Of a stretch of DNA of 64,000 bases, positions 47,181 through 58,754 are shown piece after piece. The stretch lies in NCBI GenBank assembly GCA_963805085.1, contig CAWDTA010000005.1, forward strand, positions 544,001-608,000, read 5' to 3'. The notes under the pieces are model-generated. The model worked only from the letters and a program-made list of their open reading frames with translations. It was not told where the DNA came from and made no database searches. A program made the position numbers and the translations under genes. The stretch's first letter is position 1. Each line of letters starts with the position of its first letter. The stretch is from an uncultured Veillonellaceae bacterium. GTDB lineage: Bacteria > Bacillota > Negativicutes > JARBTT01.

Positions 47181-49835
47181 ATGAAAGAAAAAAATATTCC
47201 GACTGTGTATGATCCACAGTCATTTGAAAAGAAATGGTATGCTTTTTGGGAAGAAAATAAGTTATTTCATGCGGAAGTGGAAGTGGATAAACAACCGTTC
47301 AGTATCGTTATACCACCACCAAATGTAACTGGTCAGCTGCACATGGGGCATGCGCTTGATAACACGTTGCAAGATATTCAAATTCGTTGGCGTAGAATGC
47401 AAGGCTACAATACATTATGGATGCCAGGTTCTGACCATGCTGGTATTGCAACGCAGATTAAAGTTGAAGAAATGCTAGCAAAGGAACAAGGCATATCTCG
47501 TTACGACTTAGGACGCGAGAAATTCATTGAGAAAGTTTGGGAATGGAAACATCAATATGGTAGTAAAATTACGAAGCAATTGAGAAGTTTGGGTGCTTCT
47601 TGTGATTGGGAGCGGGAACGTTTTACTATGGATGAAGGTTGCTCAAAAGCGGTTCGTGAAGTTTTTGTTAGCCTTTATGAAAAAGATTTAATTTATCAAG
47701 GGTATCGCATTACAAACTGGTGTCCTCGTTGTAATACAGCGCTCAGTGATATCGAAGTAGAGCATGAAGACAGTGAAGGTCATTTATATCACCTTCGTTA
47801 TCAAATAGAAGGAACGGACAAATATGTTGAAATCGCGACAACGCGTCCAGAAACTATGCTGGGTGATAGTGGGGTTGCAGTACATCCGACAGATGAACGT
47901 TATACAAAATTAATCGGTAAAAACTTAATTTTACCGATTTTGAATAGAAAAATTCCAATCTTTGCTGATGAATATGTGGATCCTAGCTTTGGTACTGGGG
48001 CTGTAAAAGTAACACCAGCGCATGATCCAAATGACTTTGAAATGGGTCAACGTCATAATTTAGAACAAATCATCGTATTAAATAATGATGCCACCATGGC
48101 AGATAATACTGGTAAATATAAAGGTATGGATCGTTATGAATGTCGTAAACAAATTATTGCGGACTTAAAAGAGTTGGGCAATTTAGTGAAAATTGTTGAC
48201 CACGCACATGCCGTTGGTCATTGCCAACGTTGTCATACTACAGTGGAGCCAATGGTGTCAAAACAATGGTTCGTGAAAATGGGATCACTGGCAGCGCCAG
48301 CAATGGATGCTGTTACTTCGGGGAAAATTAAATTTGTTCCAGAACGTTTTACTAAAATTTATATCAATTGGCTAGAAAACATTCGTGATTGGTGTATTTC
48401 TCGTCAAATTTGGTGGGGGCATCGCATCCCAGCTTGGTACTGTGATGAATGTGGTGAAACCGTGGTATCACGTGATGATTTGCATAGTTGTCCAAAATGT
48501 GGAAAAACTATGCATCAAGATGAAGATGTTCTTGATACTTGGTTTAGTTCAGGGTTATGGCCGTTTTCGACGATGGGGTGGCCGGATGAAACAGCAGAAT
48601 TAAAACAATTCTATCCGACAAGTGTGCTTGTAACCGGATATGATATTATTTTCTTCTGGGTAGCTAGAATGATTATGATGGGCTTAGAATTTGGCAAAGA
48701 GATTCCGTTTAAACATGTCTTTATTCATGGACTTGTTCGCGATTCCCAGGGGCGTAAAATGAGTAAATCACTCGGTAATGGCATCGATCCATTAGAAGTA
48801 ATCGAGAAATATGGTGCAGATACACTTCGCTTCATGCTAATCACTGGAAATACTCCGGGAAACGATATGCGATTTTATTGGGAGCGTGTAGAAGCTGCGC
48901 GTAATTTTGCCAATAAATTATGGAATGCTTCACGGTTTGTGTTGATGAATTTAAAAGGTTTTGATAAAAATTTTAAACCAAACCAAGCAGAGTATACATT
49001 AGCTGATCAGTGGATTCTTAGTCGTTATGCTAAAACAGTAGCAGAAGTAACGAATAATTTAGAAAAATTTGAACTTGGTGAAGCTGGCCGCGCTCTTTAT
49101 GATTTCATCTGGAATGAATTCTGTGACTGGTATATCGAAATGGCAAAAGCTCGGCTATATAATGAAGAAGCGGTCAAAGAACGGCAAACAGCACAATATG
49201 TACTTTGCTATGTACTTGAACATACGTTAAAATTATTACATCCATTCATGCCTTACATTACGGAAGAAATTTGGCAACATATTCCCCATGAAGGTCAGAG
49301 TATTATGGTGGCTGCTTGGCCGACAGATGAAGCTGCTAAAATAGACGTAAAAGTAGAACAAGATATGACGATGATTATGGAAGTCATTAAAGAGATTCGC
49401 AATATGCGCGCCGAAGTCAATGTTGCACCTGGTAAGAAAAGCGAAGTGATTCTTCAATTTGCTTCCCATGAACTTCAAGCGGTTTTACAAGTGAATACTG
49501 GCTATTTAAAGGTATTAGCAGCCGCCGACCCAATTACTATTCTTGGTCCAGTTGAAGGTAAACCAGAAAATGCGATGGCTGCTGTAGTTAATGGCGTGGA
49601 AATTTACTTGCCATTAAAGGGATTAATTGATGTAGAAAAAGAAACAGCACGACTTAATAAGGAAATGACTACATTGGATAAAGAATTACAACGTGTTGGT
49701 GGAAAATTGGCGAATGTTGGGTTTGTTGCCAAGGCACCCGCTGATGTTATTGAAAAAGAAAAAGAAAAACAAAAAGGCTTTGAAGAAAAGCGTACTGCGA
49801 TTAATGAACGACTAGCATATTTGGCTAGTTTATAA
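47181..49835 (+). CDS. valS: Valine-tRNA ligase
   Basis: PPPNVTG.LHMGH, DWCISRQ, KMSKS, C-terminal coiled coil. Confidence 0.98.
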   Translation: MKEKNIPTVYDPQSFEKKWYAFWEENKLFHAEVEVDKQPFSIVIPPPNVTGQLHMGHALDNTLQDIQIRWRRMQGYNTLWMPGSDHAGIATQIKVEEMLAKEQGISRYDLGREKFIEKVWEWKHQYGSKITKQLRSLGASCDWERERFTMDEGCSKAVREVFVSLYEKDLIYQGYRITNWCPRCNTALSDIEVEHEDSEGHLYHLRYQIEGTDKYVEIATTRPETMLGDSGVAVHPTDERYTKLIGKNLILPILNRKIPIFADEYVDPSFGTGAVKVTPAHDPNDFEMGQRHNLEQIIVLNNDATMADNTGKYKGMDRYECRKQIIADLKELGNLVKIVDHAHAVGHCQRCHTTVEPMVSKQWFVKMGSLAAPAMDAVTSGKIKFVPERFTKIYINWLENIRDWCISRQIWWGHRIPAWYCDECGETVVSRDDLHSCPKCGKTMHQDEDVLDTWFSSGLWPFSTMGWPDETAELKQFYPTSVLVTGYDIIFFWVARMIMMGLEFGKEIPFKHVFIHGLVRDSQGRKMSKSLGNGIDPLEVIEKYGADTLRFMLITGNTPGNDMRFYWERVEAARNFANKLWNASRFVLMNLKGFDKNFKPNQAEYTLADQWILSRYAKTVAEVTNNLEKFELGEAGRALYDFIWNEFCDWYIEMAKARLYNEEAVKERQTAQYVLCYVLEHTLKLLHPFMPYITEEIWQHIPHEGQSIMVAAWPTDEAAKIDVKVEQDMTMIMEVIKEIRNMRAEVNVAPGKKSEVILQFASHELQAVLQVNTGYLKVLAAADPITILGPVEGKPENAMAAVVNGVEIYLPLKGLIDVEKETARLNKEMTTLDKELQRVGGKLANVGFVAKAPADVIEKEKEKQKGFEEKRTAINERLAYLASL

Positions 49836-49849
49836 AAGGAATTGATAAA

Positions 49850-51139
49850 ATGACTTATCAAGAATCATTAACGTATCTAGATCGATTGAACCAATTTGGG
49901 ATCAAGCTTGGCTTGGTACGTATTACCCATTTGCTGAAGTTGATGGACAATCCGCAACATAAGTATAAAACTATTCATGTGACTGGTACGAATGGAAAAG
50001 GATCTACGACCATTATGCTTGCAGCGATTCTAAATAATGCCAAGATTAAAACGGGGATGTACACATCCCCGCATCTTGAATCTTATACGGAACGTATGCA
50101 GGTCAATGGAAAAAATATCACTGAACAAGATTTTGCTGATTGCATTGCATATGTAAGTATGTTTGTAAGGCAAATGATTGAGGAAGGCGAAGAAAATCCA
50201 ACCCAGTTTGAAGTCATTACGGCTGCTGCATTTTACTATTTCGCTAAAGTGGAAGTGGAATATGCAGTGATTGAAGTTGGTTTGGGTGGTTTGTTAGACT
50301 CGACAAATGTGATTATACCGGAAGTTTCGGTGATTACGAATGTAACATTTGAACATGCCGACCGTTGTGGAGGAACACTTGCTGGTATTGCTGAGCATAA
50401 AGCAGGGATTATTAAAGACGGAGTTCCCGTGATTACTGCAGCCAAAGATGAAGCCTTAACGATTATTAAAAAAGTTGCTGAACAAAAAAGTGCGGATGTT
50501 TTTGTTGCTGGTGAAGATTTTGAAAGCATGTTCAAAAATATGGAAGGTCATAAGCAAAATATCACATTTTCGGCTGATGTGATGGGAGTAGCAATGATCT
50601 ATGTGCTTAATCTATTAGGTAAGCATCAAGTTGAAAATAGTTCTGTCGCCATTATGACAGCGCTTGTTCTTGCCAATAGTGAAAAACGCATTACTAGTGA
50701 GGCAATTCATAATGCGTTACTTACCGTTTGTTGGCCGGGACGTTTTGAAATGGTTTATGAGGAAGAGCGGTTAATCGTACTTGATGGTGCACATAATCTT
50801 GCTGGTGCTACTGTTTTACGAACCAATTTAGATCAATATTTTGCTGGTAAGGAGCTTGTGTTTTTACTGGGAATATTAAAAGATAAGGATATTGAGGGAA
50901 TATTAAATTCGCTCGTGAAACCAGAAAATGTAGTAGTTGTAACCGAGCCAGATTCGCAGAGAGCTGCAGACCCTACTTTTATTGCCAGTAAAGTAATCGC
51001 AAAGCAAGTAGAAGTGGCTCAGTCTATTGAAAGTGGTCTGAAGATTGCAAAAGAGTTAGCTGGATCAGATAAGGTTTTATGCATTGCAGGATCGTTATAT
51101 TTGATTGGTACAGTGAGAAATTTAATTTTAAAAGGATAA
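49850..51139 (+). CDS. folC: Folylpolyglutamate/dihydrofolate synthase
   Basis: HVTGTNGKGST, TSPHL, EVGLGG.LD.TN, WPGR, DGAHN, GSLYL. Confidence 0.95.
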   Translation: MTYQESLTYLDRLNQFGIKLGLVRITHLLKLMDNPQHKYKTIHVTGTNGKGSTTIMLAAILNNAKIKTGMYTSPHLESYTERMQVNGKNITEQDFADCIAYVSMFVRQMIEEGEENPTQFEVITAAAFYYFAKVEVEYAVIEVGLGGLLDSTNVIIPEVSVITNVTFEHADRCGGTLAGIAEHKAGIIKDGVPVITAAKDEALTIIKKVAEQKSADVFVAGEDFESMFKNMEGHKQNITFSADVMGVAMIYVLNLLGKHQVENSSVAIMTALVLANSEKRITSEAIHNALLTVCWPGRFEMVYEEERLIVLDGAHNLAGATVLRTNLDQYFAGKELVFLLGILKDKDIEGILNSLVKPENVVVVTEPDSQRAADPTFIASKVIAKQVEVAQSIESGLKIAKELAGSDKVLCIAGSLYLIGTVRNLILKG

Positions 51140-51227
51140 CGAGGAGGTCAGTAAATTTGGGAAAGTCTAAGTTTACTGATTTCTTCTATAAAAAAATATC
51201 GAAAGAGTAAATGAATTAGGTGAAATT

Positions 51228-52457
51228 GTGAGAAAAGTTAAGGAGCATAATCGTTGGCCGATGAGTTTGGACGTTGTTATTGAATATTCTATTCTAGCCG
51301 TTGCTTTTTTCTTGGCATTGTCTCCAACTTGGACAACTGTATTTTTAGTCATTGGATCGTTTGCCTGGCTAATCAAACTAGTAAAAAGTAGGGGAAGGTG
51401 TTTTCGACGTACACCTTTCGATAAAATAATTGCTTGTTTTGTTACGTTATCGGCGTTGTCTATTTTTGCTTCGCCAGATATGGGGTTTAGTTTCTATAAT
51501 TTTTACAATTTAATGGGTAGGTATATTTTTATCTATTATTTAGTTGTGCAAAACATTTCTACGAAAAATCAGTTAAAATGTTTACTTTCTGTGCTGCTCG
51601 CTTCATCGCTGGTGGTAGTAGCGTATGGTTTTTATCAATATATCTACGGCATTGATGTGACAAGTATGTTATGGGTGGATGGTGAACAATTTCCCGAACT
51701 AAAGACGAGGGTGTTTTCTACGATGCAAAACCCAAACATTTTAGCAGGTTATTTGATCGTGATGATGTCTTTGGTCTTTGGAATGATTTGTAAAATTAAT
51801 GCTAAGAAGGCAAAGTTTTTACTTGGTATTTGTTTTGTTTTAATGGGACTTTGCTTAGGGATGACGTATTGCCGTGGTGCTTGGATTAGTCTAGTCACTG
51901 TGATTGCAGCTTATGGTTTGTTTCACAATCGTAAGATTTTGTTTGGGCTTGCTCTAGTTTGTGTATTGGTATTGGCCTTTGATGCGAGTATTGCCGAACG
52001 ATTAGTCTCTGTAGTTAATATAAGTGATACTTCTTCCAATATGAGATTTGCCTTATGGGAAAGTACTATTGCTATGATTAGCGAGCATCCTTTATTTGGG
52101 ATCGGTTGGGGCTCCTATTGGATGGTTTATCCTGAATATGATTTTTTTATTCAAAATGATGCAGTTAAAATTGTTCATGCACATAATATGTATTTAAATT
52201 TTGCTGCGGAAATTGGCATTGCAGGCTTTCTTAGCTTTATGGCTTGTATGATAGGCCATTTGCATATGGCCTTATCCAATACGCATTTAAAAAAATCAAA
52301 TTTACTGAATGGATTGACTCTGGGGGCAGGATTATCGATTGTTTGTGTTGCAATTAATGGATTTACAGACTATGTTTTATTTAATATTGAGTTGTCAATG
52401 TTGTTTTGGTTATTGAATGCCTGTATTGTTGTTGTTTGCAAAAAGGAGTTGCAATGA
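51228..52457 (+). CDS. O-antigen ligase (Wzy_C) family membrane protein
   Basis: RVFST..NPN, TYCRG, R...W, PLFGIG.G, HAHN.YL. Confidence 0.85.
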   Translation: MRKVKEHNRWPMSLDVVIEYSILAVAFFLALSPTWTTVFLVIGSFAWLIKLVKSRGRCFRRTPFDKIIACFVTLSALSIFASPDMGFSFYNFYNLMGRYIFIYYLVVQNISTKNQLKCLLSVLLASSLVVVAYGFYQYIYGIDVTSMLWVDGEQFPELKTRVFSTMQNPNILAGYLIVMMSLVFGMICKINAKKAKFLLGICFVLMGLCLGMTYCRGAWISLVTVIAAYGLFHNRKILFGLALVCVLVLAFDASIAERLVSVVNISDTSSNMRFALWESTIAMISEHPLFGIGWGSYWMVYPEYDFFIQNDAVKIVHAHNMYLNFAAEIGIAGFLSFMACMIGHLHMALSNTHLKKSNLLNGLTLGAGLSIVCVAINGFTDYVLFNIELSMLFWLLNACIVVVCKKELQ

Positions 52458-52501
52458 TTTCTTTATAGAGATAAAAAGGCTAATATTAGACTTAATGATA
52501 G

Positions 52502-52526
52502 AGGAATTTTGTGGTTTTATTCGAAT
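52502..52526 (+). promoter_or_regulatory. Sigma-H-type promoter upstream of rex
   Basis: GAGGAATTT...CGAAT with 17 nt spacing. Confidence 0.55.
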
Positions 52527-52591
52527 ATGTCTATAAATAGATAAAGTATACAGTATTTTTGGAAGTAAGATTTTGGAAAGGGGATTTGCAA

Positions 52592-53221
52592 GTGAGAGAA
52601 CAAATTGTGATTTCTAAAGCTACGATTGATCGTCTGCCGTTATATTTTCGGACGCTTCGTCTAGCTGGAGAAGAAGGTATAGATATTATTTCCTCGGAAG
52701 AATTAGGGAAACGCCTTGGCATTACACCGGAGCAAATCAGAAAAGATTTGGCGTCGTTTGGTCAGTTTGGTAAAAAGGGTGTAGGGTACTATGTAGCTGA
52801 ATTAAAACGTAATGTTGGTGAAATACTAGGATTGGATAATAATTGGAATATTGCAGTCATTGGAATCGGACATCTTGGGGCAGCTTTATCCAATTATCAG
52901 AATTTTAGTTCTTTGGGGTTTAATTTAGTGGCATTATTTGATAAGAACCCAGAAGTGATTGGTAAGGTATCGAGTGGTGTAAAAGTTGAAGATATTGAGG
53001 ATTTAGAGCGTATTATAAAAGAAAGAAATGTTCATATCGGGATTATTGCAGTTCCTAGAACGTTTGCCCAGGGGGTTGCTGATAAATTAGTTGCAGCTGG
53101 GGTAAAGGGTATTTGGAATTTTGCACCGATAAAAATTAAGGTTCCAGACAGTATGCACATTGTGAATGAGGACTTATCCGTAGGCCTTAGCAGTCTTTCT
53201 TATCACATAACCAGAAAATAA
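52592..53221 (+). CDS. rex: Redox-sensing repressor Rex
   Basis: RLPLY.R, QIRKDL..FG, G.GY, GIGHLG.AL, IWNFAP; GTG 52592. Confidence 0.96.
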   Translation: MREQIVISKATIDRLPLYFRTLRLAGEEGIDIISSEELGKRLGITPEQIRKDLASFGQFGKKGVGYYVAELKRNVGEILGLDNNWNIAVIGIGHLGAALSNYQNFSSLGFNLVALFDKNPEVIGKVSSGVKVEDIEDLERIIKERNVHIGIIAVPRTFAQGVADKLVAAGVKGIWNFAPIKIKVPDSMHIVNEDLSVGLSSLSYHITRK

Positions 53222-53349
53222 CTATAAAAAATTAATATAATATGATTATTTTTATTAGAATTTAGCAGGAATTTAGCAAAATACAGAGAAATTCTAAAGT
53301 AGAGTTAGTTTGAACAATATTTCACATGCTAAGTTGTCGATAAAAGAAG

Positions 53350-53407
53350 AATGCCGTCAAGAATACATCATGTCTAACTTGACGGCATTTCTATGTAGTG
53401 GTATGCT
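53350..53407 (+). promoter_or_regulatory. Sigma-A promoter of the propionate operon with a 12-bp inverted repeat over the -35 box
   Basis: TTGACG-17 nt-TATGCT with extended TG; AATGCCGTCAAG-N16-CTTGACGGCATT. Confidence 0.55.
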
Positions 53408-53592
53408 TGTGGTATGGTATAACTAATACTGCTGTTATAATAATTTAAAATTATGGTTATTTTATAACAGTCGTAATTGTACAGCAATGTGGAGTGAGTA
53501 TTTATTAAGCTATAACTTCTTTTGTGTGCAATTAAGAATTAACGAATCATAAAAGGCCAAAATTTTCTTGACCTACTAAAGGGGGATTTTTG

Positions 53593-55098
53593 ATGATTGA
53601 TATTCGTGATCGCGTGCGTAATAAGCAGTTGCACGCCAAGATTGTTAGTGCTGAAGAAGCTGCGGCTTTTATCAAGCCTAATATGAATATTGGTACTAGT
53701 GGTTTTACACCAGCTGGATATCCAAAAGCTGTTCCATTAGCTTTAGCTGAAAGAATGAAAAAGGAACCATTTACAGTTAATTTATGGACAGGCGCATCAG
53801 TTGGAAAAGAATTAGACGGGGCATTAGCAGAGGTTGGCGGGATCAAAAGACGTATGCCATACCAAACGAATAAAAATTTAAGAAATGCAATCAATAGTGG
53901 TTCTGTAGAGTATTGTGATTTGCATTTGAGTGAATCAGCACAACTTGCCCGTTATGGTTTTATGGGCGGCAAAATTGATGTAGCTATTGTTGAAGCATGT
54001 GCGATTACCGAAGAAGGACACATTATCCCAACGACTTCAATGGGAAATACTGCTTCTTATGTTCAAAGTGCTGATGTTGTTATTGTTGAAGTCAATACAA
54101 CGCAACCTTTAGAACTTGAAGGTATGCATGATGTGTATGTGCCACTTGATCCACCACATCGTTTACCGATTCCAGTAGTGAAAGCTGCTGACCGTATAGG
54201 TACTACATATATACCTTGTGGCTTGGATAAAATAAAATACATTGTTCCATGTGACATTAAGGATGACGTGCGCCCATTTGGTGCTATTGATGAAAATTCA
54301 CATAAAATGTCTGAGCACATTATTAATTTCTTCAATGAAGAAATTAAAGCTGGACGTTTGCCAAAAAATTTATTACCACTTCAATCTGGTGTTGGTAATG
54401 TTGCCAATGCGGTAATCAGTGGTTTTGTTGATTCTGATTTTACAGATCTTGAAGTTTACACCGAAGTGATTCAAGATGGGATGTTTGACTTAGCTGATGC
54501 AGGTAAATTAAAATTTGCGTCAGGAACATCATTCTCACCATCACCGGACGGCTTGAATCGTTTTTATACGAATATCAAAGAATATCGTGAAAAAATGATG
54601 CTTCGTCCTCAAGAAATTGCCAATAGTCCAGAAGTAGCTCGTCGTATTGGTATCATTGCGATGAATACAGCAATTGAAATGGACATCTATGGCAATGTAA
54701 ATTCAACTCATATCATGGGCTCGAAAATGATGAATGGTATTGGTGGTTCTGGAGACTTTGCCCGTAATGCATATTTGACTTGTTTCTTTAGCACTTCAAC
54801 TGCAAAAGACGGTGCGATTTCTGCAATTGTGCCTATGTGTTCACACATAGATCATACAGAACATGATACTGACATTTTCGTCACTGAAATTGGATTAGCT
54901 GACCTTAGGGGCTTAAGTCCAAGAGAAAGAGCTCGTGTTATTATTAATAATTGTGCCCATCCAGACTACAGACCAATGCTTCTTGATTATTTAGAAAGAG
55001 CTGAAAAAGCCACCAAGAAAGCACAAACGCCTCATATCATGGATGAAGCGTTATCATGGCATAGTAGATTTTTGGCAACAGGCACAATGAAGAAATAG
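53593..55098 (+). CDS. Succinate CoA-transferase (acetyl-CoA hydrolase family; propionyl-CoA:succinate CoA-transferase)
   Basis: SGFTPAGYPK, LQSGVGN.ANA, YTEVIQD, GIGGSGDF; heads the mutase operon. Confidence 0.9.
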   Translation: MIDIRDRVRNKQLHAKIVSAEEAAAFIKPNMNIGTSGFTPAGYPKAVPLALAERMKKEPFTVNLWTGASVGKELDGALAEVGGIKRRMPYQTNKNLRNAINSGSVEYCDLHLSESAQLARYGFMGGKIDVAIVEACAITEEGHIIPTTSMGNTASYVQSADVVIVEVNTTQPLELEGMHDVYVPLDPPHRLPIPVVKAADRIGTTYIPCGLDKIKYIVPCDIKDDVRPFGAIDENSHKMSEHIINFFNEEIKAGRLPKNLLPLQSGVGNVANAVISGFVDSDFTDLEVYTEVIQDGMFDLADAGKLKFASGTSFSPSPDGLNRFYTNIKEYREKMMLRPQEIANSPEVARRIGIIAMNTAIEMDIYGNVNSTHIMGSKMMNGIGGSGDFARNAYLTCFFSTSTAKDGAISAIVPMCSHIDHTEHDTDIFVTEIGLADLRGLSPRERARVIINNCAHPDYRPMLLDYLERAEKATKKAQTPHIMDEALSWHSRFLATGTMKK

Positions 55099-55119
55099 GG
55101 TAGGGAGGCAATTAAAATA

Positions 55120-56766
55120 ATGAGCAATGAAAATTTAAAAGCTAAACTAGCGGAATTTGACGCTAAAGTAGAAAAGGCGACTGCTAAATTTCCTGAAAGA
55201 AAAAATGTACCAGCAAAACGTATTTATACACCACTAGACATTGAAAACACAGAATACGAAAGTGAAATTGGTTTTCCAGGATCGTATCCTTTTACACGTG
55301 GGGTTCAACCTACGATGTATCGTGGACGTTTTTGGACAATGCGTATGTATGCTGGCTTCTCTACTGCAGAAGAATCCAACAAACGTTATCGCTACTTAAT
55401 TGAATCTGGTGCGACAGGACTTTCTTGTGCCTTCGACTTACCAACACAAATCGGTTATGATTCCGATGATGATATCTCCACAGGTGAAGTTGGTAAAGTT
55501 GGGGTTGCGATTGACTCCTTAGCTGATATGGAAGTTTTATTTGATAAAATTGATCTTGGTAAAGTATCTACTTCCATGACAATCAATGCTCCAGCATCAG
55601 TATTACTTGCAATGTATATTGCAGTTGCTGAAAAACAAGGTGTTTCAGCTGATCAATTAAAAGGTACGATTCAAAATGATATTTTGAAAGAATATGCGGC
55701 TCGCGGAACTTATATTTTCCCACCCAAACCTTCAATGCGTTTGATTACTAATATTTTTGAATTCTGTTCTAAAAATGTTCCTAACTGGAATACAATTTCT
55801 ATTTCCGGTTACCACATTCGTGAAGCTGGTTCTACAGCTTCGCAAGAAATTGCATTTACGATCGCTGATGGTATTGCATATGCAGAAGCTGCTATCAAAG
55901 CTGGCTTAGACGTTGACGCATTTGCTGGCCGTTTATCATTCTTCTGGAATGCACATAACAATGTATTAGAAGAAGTTGCTAAATTTAGAGCATCTCGTCG
56001 TGTATGGGCAAAAGTGATGAAAGAACGTTTTGGCGCTAAAAACCCTAAATCTTGGATGCTGCGCGTTCATACGCAAACTGCAGGTTCTATGCTTACGGCA
56101 CAACAACCTAATAATAATATCGTTCGTGTTGCTCTTCAAACAGCAGCTGCTGTTATGGGTGGTACACAATCACTTCATACAAATTCTAAAGATGAAGCAT
56201 TAGCGCTTCCTACTGAAGAATCTGTAATGATCGCACTTCGTACACAACAAATTGTTGCTTATGAAAGTGGTTTAGCAGATGTAATTGATCCACTTGCTGG
56301 TTCTTACTATGTAGAAGCTCTTACAAATAAAATTGAAAAAGAAGCTTGGGAATATATCAAAAAAATCGATGAAGTTGGTGGCGCGGTTGCTGCAATCGAA
56401 AAAGGATATATTCAAAAAGAAATTCAAGATAGTGCATATCAATGGCAAATGGATGTTGAAAGTGGCGCTAAAGTTATCGTTGGCGTTAACAAATTCCAAA
56501 TGGAAGAAAAACCAGTTGAAGGTTTACTTCGCGTAGATGCTGCTGTTGGTGAAGGACAAAAACAAAAATTAATTGCGATGAAAGCAAAACGTGATAACGT
56601 TGCTGTTAAAGCTAGTCTTGATAGTCTTGAAAAAGCTTGCCAAGATGAACAGGAAAACTTAATGCCATATATCTTAACGGCTGTTAAGACATATGCAACA
56701 CTTGGTGAAATTTGTGGAGTAATGCGTAAAGTATTTGGTGAATATGAAGCGCATGTAAGTCTATAA
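55120..56766 (+). CDS. Methylmalonyl-CoA mutase, substrate-binding subunit
   Basis: PFTRG, RMYAGF (Tyr), [24 protein letters not shown]. Confidence 0.93.
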   Translation: MSNENLKAKLAEFDAKVEKATAKFPERKNVPAKRIYTPLDIENTEYESEIGFPGSYPFTRGVQPTMYRGRFWTMRMYAGFSTAEESNKRYRYLIESGATGLSCAFDLPTQIGYDSDDDISTGEVGKVGVAIDSLADMEVLFDKIDLGKVSTSMTINAPASVLLAMYIAVAEKQGVSADQLKGTIQNDILKEYAARGTYIFPPKPSMRLITNIFEFCSKNVPNWNTISISGYHIREAGSTASQEIAFTIADGIAYAEAAIKAGLDVDAFAGRLSFFWNAHNNVLEEVAKFRASRRVWAKVMKERFGAKNPKSWMLRVHTQTAGSMLTAQQPNNNIVRVALQTAAAVMGGTQSLHTNSKDEALALPTEESVMIALRTQQIVAYESGLADVIDPLAGSYYVEALTNKIEKEAWEYIKKIDEVGGAVAAIEKGYIQKEIQDSAYQWQMDVESGAKVIVGVNKFQMEEKPVEGLLRVDAAVGEGQKQKLIAMKAKRDNVAVKASLDSLEKACQDEQENLMPYILTAVKTYATLGEICGVMRKVFGEYEAHVSL

Positions 56767-56791
56767 TAGCGAGAGTTGGAGGAACAATACG

Positions 56792-57184
56792 ATGGAAAAA
56801 CGTGTTAGAGTATTAGTAGCAAAACCTGGCCTAGATGGTCATGACCGCGGAGCTAAAGTAGTAGCTCGTGCACTTCGTGATGCTGGCTTTGAGGTAATAT
56901 ATACAGGTCTTCGTCAGACTCCTGAACAAATCGCAGAAGCTGCACTTCAGGAAGACGTAAATGTAATTGCAATGAGCATTTTATCTGGGGCACATCCTCA
57001 TCTTTTTCCTAAAGTAGTTAATTTGGTAAAAGAAAAAGGTATGGATGATGTACTTATTATTGGTGGTGGTGTTATCCCTGATAGCGATATTCCAGCATTA
57101 AAAGCAGCTGGTCTTGCTGAAGTATTTACACCTGGTACAACAACAAGTGCAATTGTTGAATTTATCAAAGCTAATGTTAAATAA
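56792..57184 (+). CDS. Methylmalonyl-CoA mutase B12-binding subunit
   Basis: GLDGHDRG base-off/His-on motif, S.L.G.H, GGG.IP. Confidence 0.94.
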   Translation: MEKRVRVLVAKPGLDGHDRGAKVVARALRDAGFEVIYTGLRQTPEQIAEAALQEDVNVIAMSILSGAHPHLFPKVVNLVKEKGMDDVLIIGGGVIPDSDIPALKAAGLAEVFTPGTTTSAIVEFIKANVK

Positions 57185-57250
57185 GTAAATATATGTTATG
57201 GACTGTGCGTTGCTCAAAAGGCAACGCATGCCATAGGGTGGTGCGATAAA

Positions 57251-58192
57251 ATGGATATAGCTAAGGAAGTTTTAAATGGTTCACGATTAGCTTTGTCGAG
57301 AGCGATTACTGCAGTTGAAAATGAACATGATGACGCAGTAGATATAATGAAAAAATTATATCCGCACACTGGTAGAGCCTTTGTACTTGGAATTACAGGT
57401 CCTCCTGGAGCTGGAAAGAGTACATTGACAGATAAGCTTGCAAAAGAGTTTCGTAGAAGAGGAAAAACAGTAGGTATTGTAGCAGTTGACCCAACAAGTC
57501 CGTTTTCTGGAGGTGCGATTTTAGGTGACCGTATTCGTATGAATGAATTGACCTTAGATGAAGGCGTATTTATTCGTAGTATGGGTACAAGAGGTAGTTT
57601 AGGTGGATTGTCGCGAAAAACAGCAGAAACAGTAAAAATTATGGATGCTTTTGGTAAAGACGTTGTTTTTATTGAAACGGTTGGTGTAGGACAATCTGAA
57701 GTCGATATTGTAAGTGCAGCAGATACTACTTTAGTAGTATTAGTACCTGGGCTTGGTGATGATATCCAGGCGATCAAAGCAGGTATTTTGGAAATTGGCG
57801 ATGTTTTTGCAATTAATAAAGCCGATCGAGAAGGTGCTGATAAACTTAATATCGAGTTAAATATGATGCTTGATTTAGATGGCAATATGAATAAAGAGTG
57901 GCGCCCGCCGATTAAACAAACAATTGCTCATCAAAATGAAGGCGTTATAGAACTATTGGAAACCTTAGAAGAGCATTATGAACAGTTAAAAGCGACAGGG
58001 CAATTGACTACGAGACGTACGGAACGTACCAAAAATGAATTGCTAAATATCTTAAAAAATGAAATTGGCAATTATGTTTTAGGTAAAATTGCTGAATCAG
58101 GCCAATTTGACAAGCTTGTTAAAGATGTTGAAGGCCGTATGGACGACCCATATAGCGTTGTAAATAATATAATTAAAGATATGCTAAAATAA
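57251..58192 (+). CDS. meaB: Mutase-associated GTPase MeaB
   Basis: GPPGAGKST, VDPTSP.SGGAILGDR.RM, ETVGVGQSE, NKAD. Confidence 0.95.
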   Translation: MDIAKEVLNGSRLALSRAITAVENEHDDAVDIMKKLYPHTGRAFVLGITGPPGAGKSTLTDKLAKEFRRRGKTVGIVAVDPTSPFSGGAILGDRIRMNELTLDEGVFIRSMGTRGSLGGLSRKTAETVKIMDAFGKDVVFIETVGVGQSEVDIVSAADTTLVVLVPGLGDDIQAIKAGILEIGDVFAINKADREGADKLNIELNMMLDLDGNMNKEWRPPIKQTIAHQNEGVIELLETLEEHYEQLKATGQLTTRRTERTKNELLNILKNEIGNYVLGKIAESGQFDKLVKDVEGRMDDPYSVVNNIIKDMLK

Positions 58193-58233
58193 TATTTAGT
58201 TTGTTGGTTAGTCATAAGAGGGGGATATTATTC

Positions 58234-58647
58234 ATGTTTAATATTGATAGAGTTGATCACATTGGTATTGCTGTTACTAATTTAGAAGAAACCAAGAAAT
58301 TTTATACTGAAATGCTTGGTATGAAAGCTTCTGGTGAAGAAGTTGTTGAAGAACAAAAAGTAAAAGTATGCTTTATTCCATCCGGAGATAGCGAACTTGA
58401 ACTTTTAGAATCAACTTCCCCAGATGGTCCTATTGCAAAATTCATTGAAAAAAATGGTGGCAGAAATGGCATTCAACATATTGCTTTAAGAGTAGATAAT
58501 ATTGAACAAACGATTGCTGATTTAATGGCAAAAGGTGTTCGTATGATTGATGAAAAGCCTCGTTATGGTGCTGGCGGATCTAGCATTGCTTTTGTTCATC
58601 CTAAAGCTACTGGTGGTATTTTAGTAGAGCTATGCCAACGTAAATAG
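58234..58647 (+). CDS. mce: Methylmalonyl-CoA epimerase
   Basis: VOC fold: DHIGIAV, ELLE, GIQHIA, FVHPK...G.LVE. Confidence 0.93.
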   Translation: MFNIDRVDHIGIAVTNLEETKKFYTEMLGMKASGEEVVEEQKVKVCFIPSGDSELELLESTSPDGPIAKFIEKNGGRNGIQHIALRVDNIEQTIADLMAKGVRMIDEKPRYGAGGSSIAFVHPKATGGILVELCQRK

Positions 58648-58754
58648 TTCTAGTTTGAAGTTAAGTAATAGAGATAGTTATAATAGGCTCAGTGCAAGTC
58701 GCTTTAATGGGCGGCTTTAGCACTTTTGAGATGTATTTTAGTAGGAGGTATAAG

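Noticed and set aside
55120-56766. Isobutyryl-CoA or 2-hydroxyisobutyryl-CoA mutase, given the split subunits
   Set aside because: Tyr in RMYAG and Arg in KEYAARG, plus adjacent epimerase and carboxyltransferase genes, indicate methylmalonyl-CoA mutase
57214-57885. 223-aa antisense ORF and other short overlapping ORFs in the track
   Set aside because: Shadow ORFs opposite or inside well-supported genes, with no motifs or SD
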